From Candidatus Doudnabacteria bacterium (lineage in GTDB: Bacteria > Patescibacteriota > Doudnabacteria > UBA920): a stretch of 64,000 nt of DNA. The stretch is taken from positions 4,401-68,400 of the forward strand of contig JAEUSF010000006.1 of the NCBI GenBank assembly GCA_016788665.1. Reading direction: 5' to 3'. Every line of letters begins with the position of its first letter. Position 1 is the first letter of the stretch. This document shows positions 9,520 through 19,064 of this stretch, piece after piece. The notes below the pieces were generated by a model that saw only the letters and a list, made by a program, of their open reading frames with translations, made no database searches and had not been told where the DNA came from. The translations under genes and the position numbers were made by a program.

Positions 9520-9867
9520 CTAAAAGTGTACCAAGGTAAAACGAACAAACTTCCTTATCCGGGGCGTAAGTAGGCTTACGTCGTAAAGCCTGATTTTTCC
9601 AGTAATCTTGTTTGCACGCCAACAAACTTTGGCGTAGCCCCAAGTTTGGTTGCGAATAACAACGCTCGCGACAAACCCTAAACCCTGCGAAGACCCTCCG
9701 CCCTTACAAGCGCTCTTTACAACGACTCTAACATCCCCGGCCTCACGGGCGCATGTCTTCTTACTACGCGCAAGTAGCGCTATCACTCCTTCAGCCACAA
9801 GCCTACTAGCCAAACTAAAATCCACCATTGAGGCCTTGTTCTTAAAATACCCCAGCTCTGGCTTCAT
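9520..9867 (-). CDS. hypothetical protein, GC-rich
   Basis: ATG (MKPELGYF) preceded by GAGGAGGG and TTATAAT on the minus strand; GC-rich segment 9560-9900; could instead be noncoding. Confidence 0.3.
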   Translation of the reverse strand: MKPELGYFKNKASMVDFSLASRLVAEGVIALLARSKKTCAREAGDVRVVVKSACKGGGSSQGLGFVASVVIRNQTWGYAKVCWRANKITGKIRLYDVSLLTPRIRKFVRFTLVHF

Positions 9868-9988
9868 AACCCTCCTCAAAATTATAACAACCAAGCATTA
9901 TACAAAACTTTAACCCTTTTTTCAAGCCCAAAATAAAATCCCCGCACCTCTAGGTGTGGGGCATGCAGAATGCAATTATGATTGGCTT

Positions 9989-11053
9989 TTATTGCTGAAA
10001 GAGCCTTCGAGCCGTTTCAACTTTCTCCCTTAGGCCTTCAGTCTCCTTCTCTTTAGCTTGGAGCAAGCTGCGAAGATTTTCGTTCTCCTGAAGCAGATGA
10101 GTGACCTGTGCGAGCAGATTCTCCATTGCCTGCTGGGAATCTGCAGTTGCCTTTTTGGCTGCCGTTACAGCTTCGGCAAAAGCCGCCGAGGCACTTTGCG
10201 CGAGAACCTGTTCAATTGTCGGGGTGGATGGTTTCGCACCTTTTACCGACCGTGGCATACGAAGCTGAATTCCGCGGCTTTTTTCCAACGTTTTAATCCT
10301 GCCGTACAAACTTGCGTCCGAAATACTACTCCTATTAAACCCCATCGAACGGATTTCGCGGATAACATCCCGCTTGCTGCCCATGTGCCGGTCGTAAATG
10401 GAGCTCAACCCTGCTAAAACATCTTCGAGCCGGGGCCTGCTCATGACGGCAGGCTTCGGTCCCTCTGTTGTTGGTTGCCCGACGGATGTTTCCGGACTTA
10501 GCAAGGCCGGATGCGGTTGTTTTTCATGGGCTTGGTTCAGTCTTTTAGCCCCAGACTGATCAGCCATTGCTACGGTAACGGGCGCGGGTGTATGTTGAAG
10601 TTTCTCAGCATCAGGCTTAGGCAAGCCTACTGTCTTTGTGACCCCACCCAAACTTAAGCAGATGACACCTTTTTTGTCGCCTTGGAAAGATTCGACCATC
10701 CTATGCAAGAACGACGCAGCGTCAACCACCAACATTACGCAACCGGTCTTCTTACTACTAACCAATTTTTCAATGCTGGAAAGGATCTCGTCGCCAAGCC
10801 TCCCATTAACAGCAACAAACTTTGCGTTTGGCGAAAGCTGCGTTACATGCTTAGCCTGGTATACATTCCAGAAGACAACACGCCCATCAAGCTGGGCCTT
10901 GGACTTCTCTACCGCTGAATCATTTGCTCCGACTACTACCATATTTTCGCCGGGCTCGAGTCTGAATTCGAAGGACGTACCCTCGACTGCGGACGTTGCG
11001 ACAGCACTCATATACGTTCCTTGCAAAAAAGACACAAAGCCCGTAAAAGCCAT
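9989..11053 (-). CDS. hypothetical protein, possibly NYN/LabA-like nuclease domain with C-terminal coiled coil; GC-rich
   Basis: N-terminal MVVVGANDS...VMLVVDAASFLHRMV..GVICLSLGG loosely resembles the NYN fold; C-terminal heptad coiled coil; alternative start MSAVATS at 11011 has an AAGGA SD; terminator hairpin 9938-9965 on the minus strand. Confidence 0.4.
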   Translation of the reverse strand: MAFTGFVSFLQGTYMSAVATSAVEGTSFEFRLEPGENMVVVGANDSAVEKSKAQLDGRVVFWNVYQAKHVTQLSPNAKFVAVNGRLGDEILSSIEKLVSSKKTGCVMLVVDAASFLHRMVESFQGDKKGVICLSLGGVTKTVGLPKPDAEKLQHTPAPVTVAMADQSGAKRLNQAHEKQPHPALLSPETSVGQPTTEGPKPAVMSRPRLEDVLAGLSSIYDRHMGSKRDVIREIRSMGFNRSSISDASLYGRIKTLEKSRGIQLRMPRSVKGAKPSTPTIEQVLAQSASAAFAEAVTAAKKATADSQQAMENLLAQVTHLLQENENLRSLLQAKEKETEGLREKVETARRLFQQ

Positions 11054-11447
11054 GCATCCTCTTTAAGATTTAGCAGGTTTACCCTGCCAGTTAATACGTA
11101 TTATAGCAACCAAACGCTTTTAGGCAAACCAAAATTTTAAAAATTAAAAAACCACCTTTCGGCAAGCCTTAGGTGGTTTTTTATAAAGTTTTTATGCCCA
11201 TAACATTCCTTTGAATTCGCTATTTACGACTAGCGGAACGCCTCGCAAAGACTGGATTCTTAAAGAAATTTCTTTTACAGGACACCTATGATTGCGATTA
11301 TTTCCACACGCACAGTGTGCGCACAAACCCTGCAGCTGAGAAATAATGCTTAGTTTTGTTTGTTGTATTTCAGACATAAAATTTGAATTATCTTTTTAAA
11401 TCAAAATGTAAAAATCAAAAATCAAAGTTGCAATAAAAAATTTAAAA

Positions 11448-11819
11448 TTATTTTCTTCCCTTAAGTGTTAAAATACTCGAAGCTAAAATATTAGACACCT
11501 CAATCAATTCCTTTAATAGCCAATCTTGCTCTTTTGGCTCACCTTTTTCCAAATCCCTAAACAAAGTAATCCAGACTTTTGACTCATTAGAGGACTTAAG
11601 CGAATAAGTAAAAAAATTTATAAAATCTTTTTTGGAAGAAGCAGAGTTGGCTTCAACGTAGTTTGCCAAAACGCTTGTCCCGCTTCTTAAAAGCTGTTTA
11701 CCCATTACATCGTTTACAGAACTTTTAGGTAACGAGTCGATAAACTTAATTAGCCTTAGTACCCAAGAATACAACCGCTTTTTGAATTCAAATTTAAATT
11801 TTGAATTATCATTTTCCAT
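11448..11819 (-). CDS. four-helix-bundle protein (23S rRNA intervening-sequence protein family)
   Basis: KFEFKKRLYSWVLRLIKFIDSLPK..MGKQLLRSGTSVLANYVEANSASSKKDFINFF matches the TIGR02436-type four-helix-bundle family. Confidence 0.75.
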   Translation of the reverse strand: MENDNSKFKFEFKKRLYSWVLRLIKFIDSLPKSSVNDVMGKQLLRSGTSVLANYVEANSASSKKDFINFFTYSLKSSNESKVWITLFRDLEKGEPKEQDWLLKELIEVSNILASSILTLKGRK

Positions 11820-11861
11820 TTTGATTTTTCAATTTTAATTTTTGCGGCTTCGTACTACCAG

Positions 11862-12479
11862 CTATTCTAGGTTCCTAATAACCCCAACCACCTTCCCCTG
11901 CACCATCCACTCTTCTTTCGGATAAATGTCTTTATATTCCGGGTTTTCGGCTTTTAAGTACGCGCGGTTTTTAATTTGGATAAAACGTTTAACCGTTGCC
12001 TCGTCGTGTAACAGCGCTACTACTATGTCGTTATGCTTAGCTTCACGAGTAGGCCTAACAATAACCAAGTCACCCTCATAAATTCCCGCGTTTATCATAC
12101 TGTCACCTCTAACTTTAAGAAGAAAAACATCTCGCCGGCCTTTTACTAACGAAGAGGGTAAATTTATCCACTCTTCTATTTGTTGTTCTGCCATATGAGG
12201 ACTTCCGGCCTGAACCCTACCCATAAGCGGTACCGCTATAAGACCCTTTTCCAAACTTTCGCCTAGAGCGTTTAAAACTTCTATACCCCTAGCCTTACCA
12301 GAAATTTTTATATATTTGGCATCTTCCAAAGACTTAAGCAGCTTGGCAACAGCATTTTTGGAACTGACTTTTAAAAATTCGGCCATTTCTGAAATACTAG
12401 GAGGAAGATTGTGTTCGCGAACTTGTTTTACAATGAATTTTAAGAGCTCCTTTTGCCTAGAAGTAATTTCGTTTTCCAT
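11862..12479 (-). CDS. lexA: LexA repressor
   Basis: N-terminal wHTH, Ala-Gly cleavage region, S24 peptidase motifs VRGDSM (Ser) and KRF (Lys). Confidence 0.9.
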   Translation of the reverse strand: MENEITSRQKELLKFIVKQVREHNLPPSISEMAEFLKVSSKNAVAKLLKSLEDAKYIKISGKARGIEVLNALGESLEKGLIAVPLMGRVQAGSPHMAEQQIEEWINLPSSLVKGRRDVFLLKVRGDSMINAGIYEGDLVIVRPTREAKHNDIVVALLHDEATVKRFIQIKNRAYLKAENPEYKDIYPKEEWMVQGKVVGVIRNLE

Positions 12480-12600
12480 ATAATTTAGTTTAATGCTCTG
12501 TATTGGAATAATATACGAACGTACACCTCAAGTCAAAGGCAAAGAAAAACAGGGTAAACACCCGTTTACCCTGAAGTTATCCACAAGCCTATTTAAAAAA

Positions 12601-12837
12601 CTATTTTGTGTTGAGTAAAAATTTAACAATACTTACCAGCGCCGACCAAACATTTTTTAATATGGGCACAGAAGCCGGCAATAAAACAACCAACCCGACT
12701 AAAAATATCCAATCTTTTTTTAAAACTTTTATTGCTGAGTATACTAAAAAGACAGCCAAAGCAATAGACACGACCGGCCTGGTACTTTCTGGAAAATTGC
12801 CCAAAAACTGTAAATATATGTTTTGAATTTGCTCCAT
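12601..12837 (-). CDS. small two-TM membrane protein
   Basis: 78-aa ORF with two hydrophobic helices; terminator hairpin downstream on the minus strand at about 12545-12580. Confidence 0.4.
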   Translation of the reverse strand: MEQIQNIYLQFLGNFPESTRPVVSIALAVFLVYSAIKVLKKDWIFLVGLVVLLPASVPILKNVWSALVSIVKFLLNTK

Positions 12838-12888
12838 ATTTTTTAGTTAATCATAAATCAATATTGAATCCAACCTAAACCGGCATTT

Positions 12889-13449
12889 CTACTTAGTAAT
12901 ACTGTCACACACAACTAAATGTCTATAGTCAAAAATATCTTTTATAAACTTGTCGAAAGTATTGCGACGAGTTTTGAATTCAGCTTCAGACATAAGACTA
13001 TAATTTATTTCTTGGCCCATTAAGGTTTCCAAACGCTTTAAAAAATCTTCAAGCTTTTCGGCCTTAACCTTTCCAACTAACAGCAAATCCACCGGTAAGC
13101 CAGGCTCCCCTACAAACAACCCGCTCAAAAAGGCAGCCCTTACCTCTCCCAAATTCTTAATTGCAGAAAAAAGTTCATCCTGATATCTAGAACCATTTTT
13201 CAACAAATAGTCCCGTATTAACGGGAGTAGTTTATAACGAGGATTTACTAAATAATATTTTTTACCCTTTTTGCTAAAACTTTTAAGCTGTCCATGCAAA
13301 ACAAGCTTATTTAAAGTATGGGTAGTTTTCAAATAAGAGAGTTTAAGTCGCTTAGATATTTCGAAAGGCGAAAAGCTTCTTTCCGGCGCTGTCAAAAAGA
13401 AACTCAAGACCGATGCGTCGGCTTTGGAATTCAATATTTCTTCAAGCAT
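12889..13449 (-). CDS. winged-helix DNA-binding domain protein, unknown function
   Basis: N-terminal HTH-like segment (SPFEISKRLKLSYLKTTHTLNKLVLHGQL); C-terminal domain unassigned. Confidence 0.45.
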   Translation of the reverse strand: MLEEILNSKADASVLSFFLTAPERSFSPFEISKRLKLSYLKTTHTLNKLVLHGQLKSFSKKGKKYYLVNPRYKLLPLIRDYLLKNGSRYQDELFSAIKNLGEVRAAFLSGLFVGEPGLPVDLLLVGKVKAEKLEDFLKRLETLMGQEINYSLMSEAEFKTRRNTFDKFIKDIFDYRHLVVCDSITK

Positions 13450-13558
13450 TCAAAATGGCCTAATATTAAGCTAATTATAGCATACTACCTAAATGACTTA
13501 AAATGTTGTATAATTATATATATTGAATTTAAGAAAAACTCTGGAAAAAAGTCAAAAT

Positions 13559-15583
13559 ATGGACAAGCTAGAATCCCAAATAGCCAGAATTCAGCTATTT
13601 AGCCCCAAGCAAGCAGGAAATTTTGTTTTTGTTTCGGCCGAAAAAGCTACAGGCTCGGAAGCCGAGCTCTACATGGTTGCCGAACTTCCTCTATTTAACC
13701 CTGCGGCGGCAGACCAATGTGCCAAAATATGCCAAGCGGTGTGGGGAGTTTTAAAAAGAAGTTATAAAAAACCTCTAGAAGAGAGTTCTTTTGAAAACAT
13801 GGTGGCGCAAGTTAACGAAGAACTTGGTCACATGGCTGAAACCGGCCAGAATTATTGGATAAACAAATTCAACTGTATACTTGCTGTTAAACATCAGGAA
13901 ACATTTTCTATAACCACCTGTGGCAAAACCACGGCTTTTTTGCTAAGAGAAGGCAGTTTTGCTGACATCTCCACCGCAAACGGACAAAACCACCCGCTAA
14001 AAACTTTCGACAGTTTTGCCAACGGAAAAATTAAATTAAATGACATATTAATACTTTCCAATACTCAGCTTTTAAATTTTATTTCTGTTGACCGTTTAAA
14101 AGAGGTATTAAAAAAAGACAATTTTCTAGCTGCTGCACAAACTGTTATAGAACTTTTAAAAGAAACAGCTGGTCCTGCCGTTGCTTTCGGCACCATTTTT
14201 AACCTCCAACTGCCTTACGGGCAAGGAGTTTCAGAGGAAGTTGACTTAGAAAACTATATAGTCGAAAACCCTTACCATAAAACCGTGCTAAGCAAAGTCA
14301 CTGAGTTTATAAAAAGCATGACAGCAACAGACAAAAGCTTAAGGCAAAACAAAGCGGACTTACCCAAAATTTCTGCGAGCGAAAGATTCGCCATGCTAAA
14401 AAAAGCTAGCAAGCAAATGCTTTCAGGAACAAGGGAAGGCCTTACAGGAATTACCGGCAAAATTATAAATGCCGGACAAGCAGTCTCGCCCAGACAAATA
14501 AAAAAATTCTCTCCAGGCAAAAAATATTTACTGGGGTCAATTGCCATATTTTTAATTGCGGCAGTCCTAAGCGTAAGCGCTGCGGTCTACAACAAAAATA
14601 TAAAGCAAAAACAACAGAACGCCGCGGCACAGTTTGAACTTGTCACTCAAAACTTAAGCCTCGCTGAATCAGCTTTATTGTACAAAGACGAAAAATTAGC
14701 CAAGGAATATCTGGCCTTAGTTGAACAAAATTTGCCGACTGCTGAAAATATATCCAAGGACCAAAAAGAGCAACTTACGCAGGCTTCCCAACGATTAGAA
14801 AACTTAAAAAATCAATTCGAAAAGAAAAACAAAGTAGAAGCTGTTTCTTTAGGCAACCTTGCTTCGACAAATGAACTGTTAGACCTAAATGAATTTTTGG
14901 CCGTTACTTCCGGCCAAAGCATAATAACCTACGAAAAATCTTCGGGAAAAATTGAGGACGGCAGGCTAAAAACCGAGCAACCCATTTTAAATGCATACGC
15001 TTTTAAATCTGGACAAGCCGCCGTGTACAACGGCGAGGCACTTAGTATATGGAACTATCAAACCGGACAAACGGGTTCACCGCTAATATCTTCCGTACCG
15101 CCCAAAGACACTATTGCTGGCCTAGCTTTTTACCCCACGAACAACCGCATATATTTAATAGACAGGCAAAAAAGCCAAATAATTAGCTTTCAAATAAACC
15201 AGAACACTCTTCAAAAACCTGTGGTTTCTATAAGCGAACCCGGTTTGTCAGCGGCCGAGGACCTTGCAATAGACAGTAGTATTTACGTTTTAAAGCCAAC
15301 AGGTATAGTAAAATTCAGCGCAGGAAAACTGGCAGCCTTTGAAATGCCTTTCTTGTTTGACAGTTACACCGGTGGCGGTAAAATCTACACCCAAGTCGGC
15401 TGGAAAAACCTTTACCTCCTAGATATAGCAAAAAAGCGTTTGCTCATTATGGACAAGCAAGGCAACATGATTAATATGCTTGTAAGTGACAAATTCACAG
15501 ACCTTAAAGATTTTGTAATAGACGAAGAAAATAAAACAATATATTTACTTAACGGCACCGAACTTTTGAAAGTAAATTTTTAA
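13559..15583 (+). CDS. large membrane-anchored hypothetical protein (N-terminal cytoplasmic domain, one TM, C-terminal domain)
   Basis: Track start 13523 is TTG; first ATG at 13559 (MDKLESQ); TM helix YLLGSIAIFLIAAVLSVSAAVY near residue 335; the N-terminal domain is faintly PP2C/SpoIIE-like. Confidence 0.5.
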   Translation: MDKLESQIARIQLFSPKQAGNFVFVSAEKATGSEAELYMVAELPLFNPAAADQCAKICQAVWGVLKRSYKKPLEESSFENMVAQVNEELGHMAETGQNYWINKFNCILAVKHQETFSITTCGKTTAFLLREGSFADISTANGQNHPLKTFDSFANGKIKLNDILILSNTQLLNFISVDRLKEVLKKDNFLAAAQTVIELLKETAGPAVAFGTIFNLQLPYGQGVSEEVDLENYIVENPYHKTVLSKVTEFIKSMTATDKSLRQNKADLPKISASERFAMLKKASKQMLSGTREGLTGITGKIINAGQAVSPRQIKKFSPGKKYLLGSIAIFLIAAVLSVSAAVYNKNIKQKQQNAAAQFELVTQNLSLAESALLYKDEKLAKEYLALVEQNLPTAENISKDQKEQLTQASQRLENLKNQFEKKNKVEAVSLGNLASTNELLDLNEFLAVTSGQSIITYEKSSGKIEDGRLKTEQPILNAYAFKSGQAAVYNGEALSIWNYQTGQTGSPLISSVPPKDTIAGLAFYPTNNRIYLIDRQKSQIISFQINQNTLQKPVVSISEPGLSAAEDLAIDSSIYVLKPTGIVKFSAGKLAAFEMPFLFDSYTGGGKIYTQVGWKNLYLLDIAKKRLLIMDKQGNMINMLVSDKFTDLKDFVIDEENKTIYLLNGTELLKVNF

Positions 15584-15619
15584 TCTTTTACTTCTGAAGG
15601 ACAAAGCCCCCCTTTGTTA

Positions 15620-16684
15620 CTATTTTCCAAACTGTCTAACCACCTCTTCTGCTTCGGAGAGGTTTTTAGTTTCCAATAATTTAGCTCTCAGCTCAGAGCT
15701 TCCCTCAAACCCAGTTGCATACGCTTTAAAATGCTTGCGCATAATATAAAAACTTTTTTTTCCACCCAACTTTTCTTCAAACAACTTTGCATGCTCCAGC
15801 ATTATTTTAAGCCTTTCCTCCGCTTGAGGCATATAGCCATCCGGCCGAAAAAGCCAAGGGGTGCCAAAAGCACCTCTGGCTATCATAACGCCGTCGCACC
15901 CAGTCTCCCGAACCCGCCTTAAACCTTCCTCTCGTGTTTTAACATCCCCATTACCTATTATTAAAGTTTTATCTGCTCTTTCTGCCTGCAGTGCATTTCT
16001 TACTTCCACAGCTTTTTTAATTTCTTCCCAGTGGGCAGGGACCTTACTTTTCTCTTGCTTAGTTCTAGCGTGCAAAGTTATAGCAGGTAAATTGTGCTTT
16101 AATAAATACCCAATCCAACTCTCCGTTTCCGGCTTAGTATAACCAATTCTGGTTTTTACGCTGACCGGCAAACTGCCCGCACCCTTTTGTGTAGCTTTTA
16201 TTATTTCACTAGCAAGTTTTGGGTTTCTTATAAGCGCAGCACATGCACCAATACCTATTTCCTTATCCTGCGGACAACCCATATTTATATCTATACCGTC
16301 AAAACCCATACCCGCGACCAACTGGGCCGCCTTATAAAATTTTTCAGGATTCGTCCCCCATAGTTGCACAACTATTGGCCTCTGGTTTTCTGTAAATTCC
16401 AAATCTATTTTAAGCTTTTCAAAACCCACCGGATGCAATAGCCCGTCAACATTTATAAACTCTGTAAACATAACGAAAGGATTGTTACGAGTTACGTGTG
16501 ACGAGTTACGTGTTACATGAGTACTATGCAATGCAAACATTTCACGGAACACAACGTCGGTAACTTCTTCCATAGGAGCAAGAGCAAATAAAGGCTTTTC
16601 CATTCCGGCCCAAAAACCAGGGTTTACGGGTCCTGTTTTGATGCGGAATATAGGAATTATAAAACGGCGCAAAAATTCGAACAT
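15620..16684 (-). CDS. tRNA-dihydrouridine synthase (Dus family)
   Basis: FALAPMEEVTD, VQLWGTNP, FDGIDINMGCP and catalytic-region motifs of the Dus TIM barrel; contains an in-frame heptad-repeat duplication (SHVTRN x2) at 16485-16518. Confidence 0.85.
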   Translation of the reverse strand: MFEFLRRFIIPIFRIKTGPVNPGFWAGMEKPLFALAPMEEVTDVVFREMFALHSTHVTRNSSHVTRNNPFVMFTEFINVDGLLHPVGFEKLKIDLEFTENQRPIVVQLWGTNPEKFYKAAQLVAGMGFDGIDINMGCPQDKEIGIGACAALIRNPKLASEIIKATQKGAGSLPVSVKTRIGYTKPETESWIGYLLKHNLPAITLHARTKQEKSKVPAHWEEIKKAVEVRNALQAERADKTLIIGNGDVKTREEGLRRVRETGCDGVMIARGAFGTPWLFRPDGYMPQAEERLKIMLEHAKLFEEKLGGKKSFYIMRKHFKAYATGFEGSSELRAKLLETKNLSEAEEVVRQFGK

Positions 16685-16722
16685 AGTCTGTATTATAAAA
16701 AAAAGAGCCGAACTTGTCGACT

Positions 16723-17019
16723 CTAGTCGCGGGGAGTAACGTAAGTTATATGTTCTAACGCGCTATCCGCACAATAGACCATTATAGGAACACCTGGGGC
16801 AATCCCGGTGGGTCCGAAATTAACGTACTTTTCCGGCCCCCGTTTGGGAGCGAAACCTTGGACATGAGACCCTAGGAAAAAGTGTGCCGGCGTCCCAGCA
16901 CCGCTCCCTTTTGGCCTGAAATCTGCCGGGTAACTATATCTCACTTCAGTTGCGCCGAACAAACCAGCGCATTGAACAACTTCTGTCACCACAGCTGGTA
17001 ACTTGTGTCTTTTTGGCAT
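16723..17019 (-). CDS. hypothetical protein, GC-rich foreign-looking gene
   Basis: ATG (MPKRHKLPAVV) at 17019 with AGGAGG 4 nt upstream; about 98 aa; no recognisable domain. Confidence 0.45.
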   Translation of the reverse strand: MPKRHKLPAVVTEVVQCAGLFGATEVRYSYPADFRPKGSGAGTPAHFFLGSHVQGFAPKRGPEKYVNFGPTGIAPGVPIMVYCADSALEHITYVTPRD

Positions 17020-17216
17020 CGTGCCTCCTGGAGAAATTCTAACAAAAAACCAAAAACACAACAAACAAGTTTTTCCTCTCATTTCTAGAAAGAGTCTATG
17101 TGAGACTAGAATCTGCCCAAGACTCAGACGCGTGGTAAGGTTATTTTTCAACACACAAAAACACCGCCCCAAAAAGGCGGATAATATATTACATATCAGC
17201 TAAGTTAAACAAATTC

Positions 17217-17459
17217 TTACTTCAAAATACTTTCTATTTCCTTCATGTTAAAATGTTCAGCTAAGAACTTAAATACTCGTTCATGTTTTTCAACTTTGTC
17301 TTTTACATCAAAACGTTCGCGCATATCTTTAAAGCCATCGGCCACCATTCTAGCCAACTCGTCCTGACTTTCATCTATTCTATGGATAATATCCTTTTTG
17401 GTATTACTTAGTTGTTTCTCAAGAATTTTTTCAAATTCTTCTTTTGTAAGTTCTGACAT
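17217..17459 (-). CDS. small hypothetical protein (about 80 aa, charged, helical)
   Basis: ATG MSELTKEEF at 17459 lies downstream of TTGACA (17510-17505, minus strand); the longer track ORF would run through the rplL terminator. Confidence 0.4.
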   Translation of the reverse strand: MSELTKEEFEKILEKQLSNTKKDIIHRIDESQDELARMVADGFKDMRERFDVKDKVEKHERVFKFLAEHFNMKEIESILK

Positions 17460-17511
17460 AAATTTTTGCTTACTTATATTCAGAATATACCCTAAAAAAC
17501 CGAGTGTCAAA

Positions 17512-17541
17512 CGAACAAAAACACCACCCTGACGGGTGGTG
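17512..17541 (-). terminator. rho-independent terminator downstream of rplL
   Basis: Minus strand CACCACCC-GTCA-GGGTGGTG followed by TTTTTG. Confidence 0.7.
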
Positions 17542-17685
17542 TTTAGAAAGCTTGATGTTTTTATAGTAGTTGCCTCATTTATGAGGCCTTTGACTCGATT
17601 AATGCAACTTCGCATAAAGCTACGTCGCACAAGTCAAGCAGCTATATTTACCCCACTTTCATGAGGATGCTTTGAAATAAAGCTA

Positions 17686-18090
17686 TTATTTCAAAGCTAC
17701 CTTAGCTCCAGCTTCTTCCATTTTCTTCTTCATTTCTTCAGCCTGGGCTTTAGCAACGTTTTCCTTAACAACTTTTGGAGCACCGTCTACAATGTCCTTG
17801 GCTTCTTTAAGACCAAGACCGGTGATTTCGCGAACAACTTTAATTACATTAATTTTGTTTGCACCTGCTTCTGTTAATTCAACATTGAATTCGGACTTTT
17901 CTTCAGCGGCCGGAGCAGCAGCACCAGCGGCCGGCATTGCACCCATCATCATAGGAGCAGCGGCAGAAACACCGAACTTACCTTCTAATACTTTAACCAA
18001 TTCGGAAAGTTCCAAAACGGACAATTTTTCAATTTGTTCTACCAAAGCTTTAAATTTCTCTGGTACTTCAACTTTTACTTCGTCTGACAT
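17686..18090 (-). CDS. rplL: 50S ribosomal protein L7/L12
   Basis: Typical N-terminal dimerisation helix, Ala/Gly-rich hinge, C-terminal domain ..[31 protein letters not shown]. Confidence 0.95.
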   Translation of the reverse strand: MSDEVKVEVPEKFKALVEQIEKLSVLELSELVKVLEGKFGVSAAAPMMMGAMPAAGAAAPAAEEKSEFNVELTEAGANKINVIKVVREITGLGLKEAKDIVDGAPKVVKENVAKAQAEEMKKKMEEAGAKVALK

Positions 18091-18149
18091 ATGTTTATAG
18101 TTATTAGTTATTATTTATAAAATATTTACAATCCATGAGCAAGCCAAAT

Positions 18150-18665
18150 TTATTTGGTTGCTATGGCATTCAGCACATTAACCAAACCACGTAGGTTTGC
18201 TGCAAGTACGTTAACGAATCCGGAAACCGGAGCATTAATAGTACCCACAAGCTGTGCTCTAAGCTGGTCTTTAGAAGGCAAGTCTGCCAAAGCTTCCACC
18301 TGGGACTTGGCAATAACCGCTTTGTCTACAACACCTTCCAAAATTTTTATAGTCTTTATTTCTTTAGCCAAAGACTTAATAGCGCGCGCAGGAGAAGTTT
18401 CGTCTTCCTCGGAAAGAGAAAGAATAACAGGCGTCTTGTAGTCAGACACCTGGCCACTAACTCCGGCTTCTGCCAAAGCTTTTTTTACCAAAGTCAGTTT
18501 ATAAACTTTAGAGAAAACATTTTCTTTTCTTAAAGCTGCCCTAAACTTGGTTATGTCTTTTACAGTCGTGCCACGATATTCTGTAAAAACTATAGACTTG
18601 GCAGCTTTTACCTTGTCGGTAAGCTCACCTAAATCTGTAGTTTTTTGGGATTTTGATTTTGCCAT
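18150..18665 (-). CDS. rplJ: 50S ribosomal protein L10
   Basis: L10 family sequence immediately upstream of rplL, the conserved rplJL arrangement. Confidence 0.9.
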   Translation of the reverse strand: MAKSKSQKTTDLGELTDKVKAAKSIVFTEYRGTTVKDITKFRAALRKENVFSKVYKLTLVKKALAEAGVSGQVSDYKTPVILSLSEEDETSPARAIKSLAKEIKTIKILEGVVDKAVIAKSQVEALADLPSKDQLRAQLVGTINAPVSGFVNVLAANLRGLVNVLNAIATK

Positions 18666-18950
18666 AATGTAATTTATTTACTAATTTCTCGCTATCGGTT
18701 TCGACCTTTTTTGGTTAATACCCTGACTACCATCCTTTTTCTTGCCCAATTTAATTGGGCTCAAAAGAGGATTGTTTTCTTTAAAAGATTATAAAGCAAA
18801 CAAAAACTCGGGCAGACCCGAGTAAAAATACACTAGCTTGCATGCTTATTAACTTAATAAGCCTACGAGCTTTATATACTTCCTCGGTGGGCTTCCCAAT
18901 AAAGGAAATTTAACCCGCCGATTAGGCGGGACCAACTGTCATTGGATAAT
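18666..18950 (-). ncRNA. candidate ribosomal protein L10 leader (structured 5' UTR)
   Basis: About 285-nt untranslated region upstream of rplJ with hairpins (GGTCCCGCC-TAATC-GGCGGGTT; ACTCGGGTCTGCCCGAGTTTTT attenuator-like); assignment is by position only. Confidence 0.35.
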
Positions 18951-19064
18951 TAACTTAAAGCTATTATACCATGTTTAAAGTTACTGTCAACTGTAAATAT
19001 TGTGTTCAATTTGTTACAAAAACCGCTTGTATGCAATAATACAGGCTTCCAAGGGAGGAGAAAA

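Noticed and set aside
9560-9900. tmRNA, RNase P RNA or SRP RNA in the GC-rich 9560-9900 segment
   Set aside because: None of the universal motifs (tmRNA 3' tRNA-like end with CCA, RNase P GGTAAGAGCGCACC / ACAGAACCCGGCTTA cores, SRP GGAAGCAGCC loop) could be found on either strand.
11192-11377. 61-aa Cys-containing ORF between the NYN-like gene and the four-helix-bundle gene
   Set aside because: No SD or promoter evident, borderline length, and it overlaps a bidirectional terminator region; insufficient support to call a gene.
12480-12600. Canonical Gram-positive Cheo box CGAACRNRYGTTCG upstream of lexA
   Set aside because: No exact match; only the shorter ACGAACGT core is shared with dinB, so it is reported as a candidate rather than a feature.
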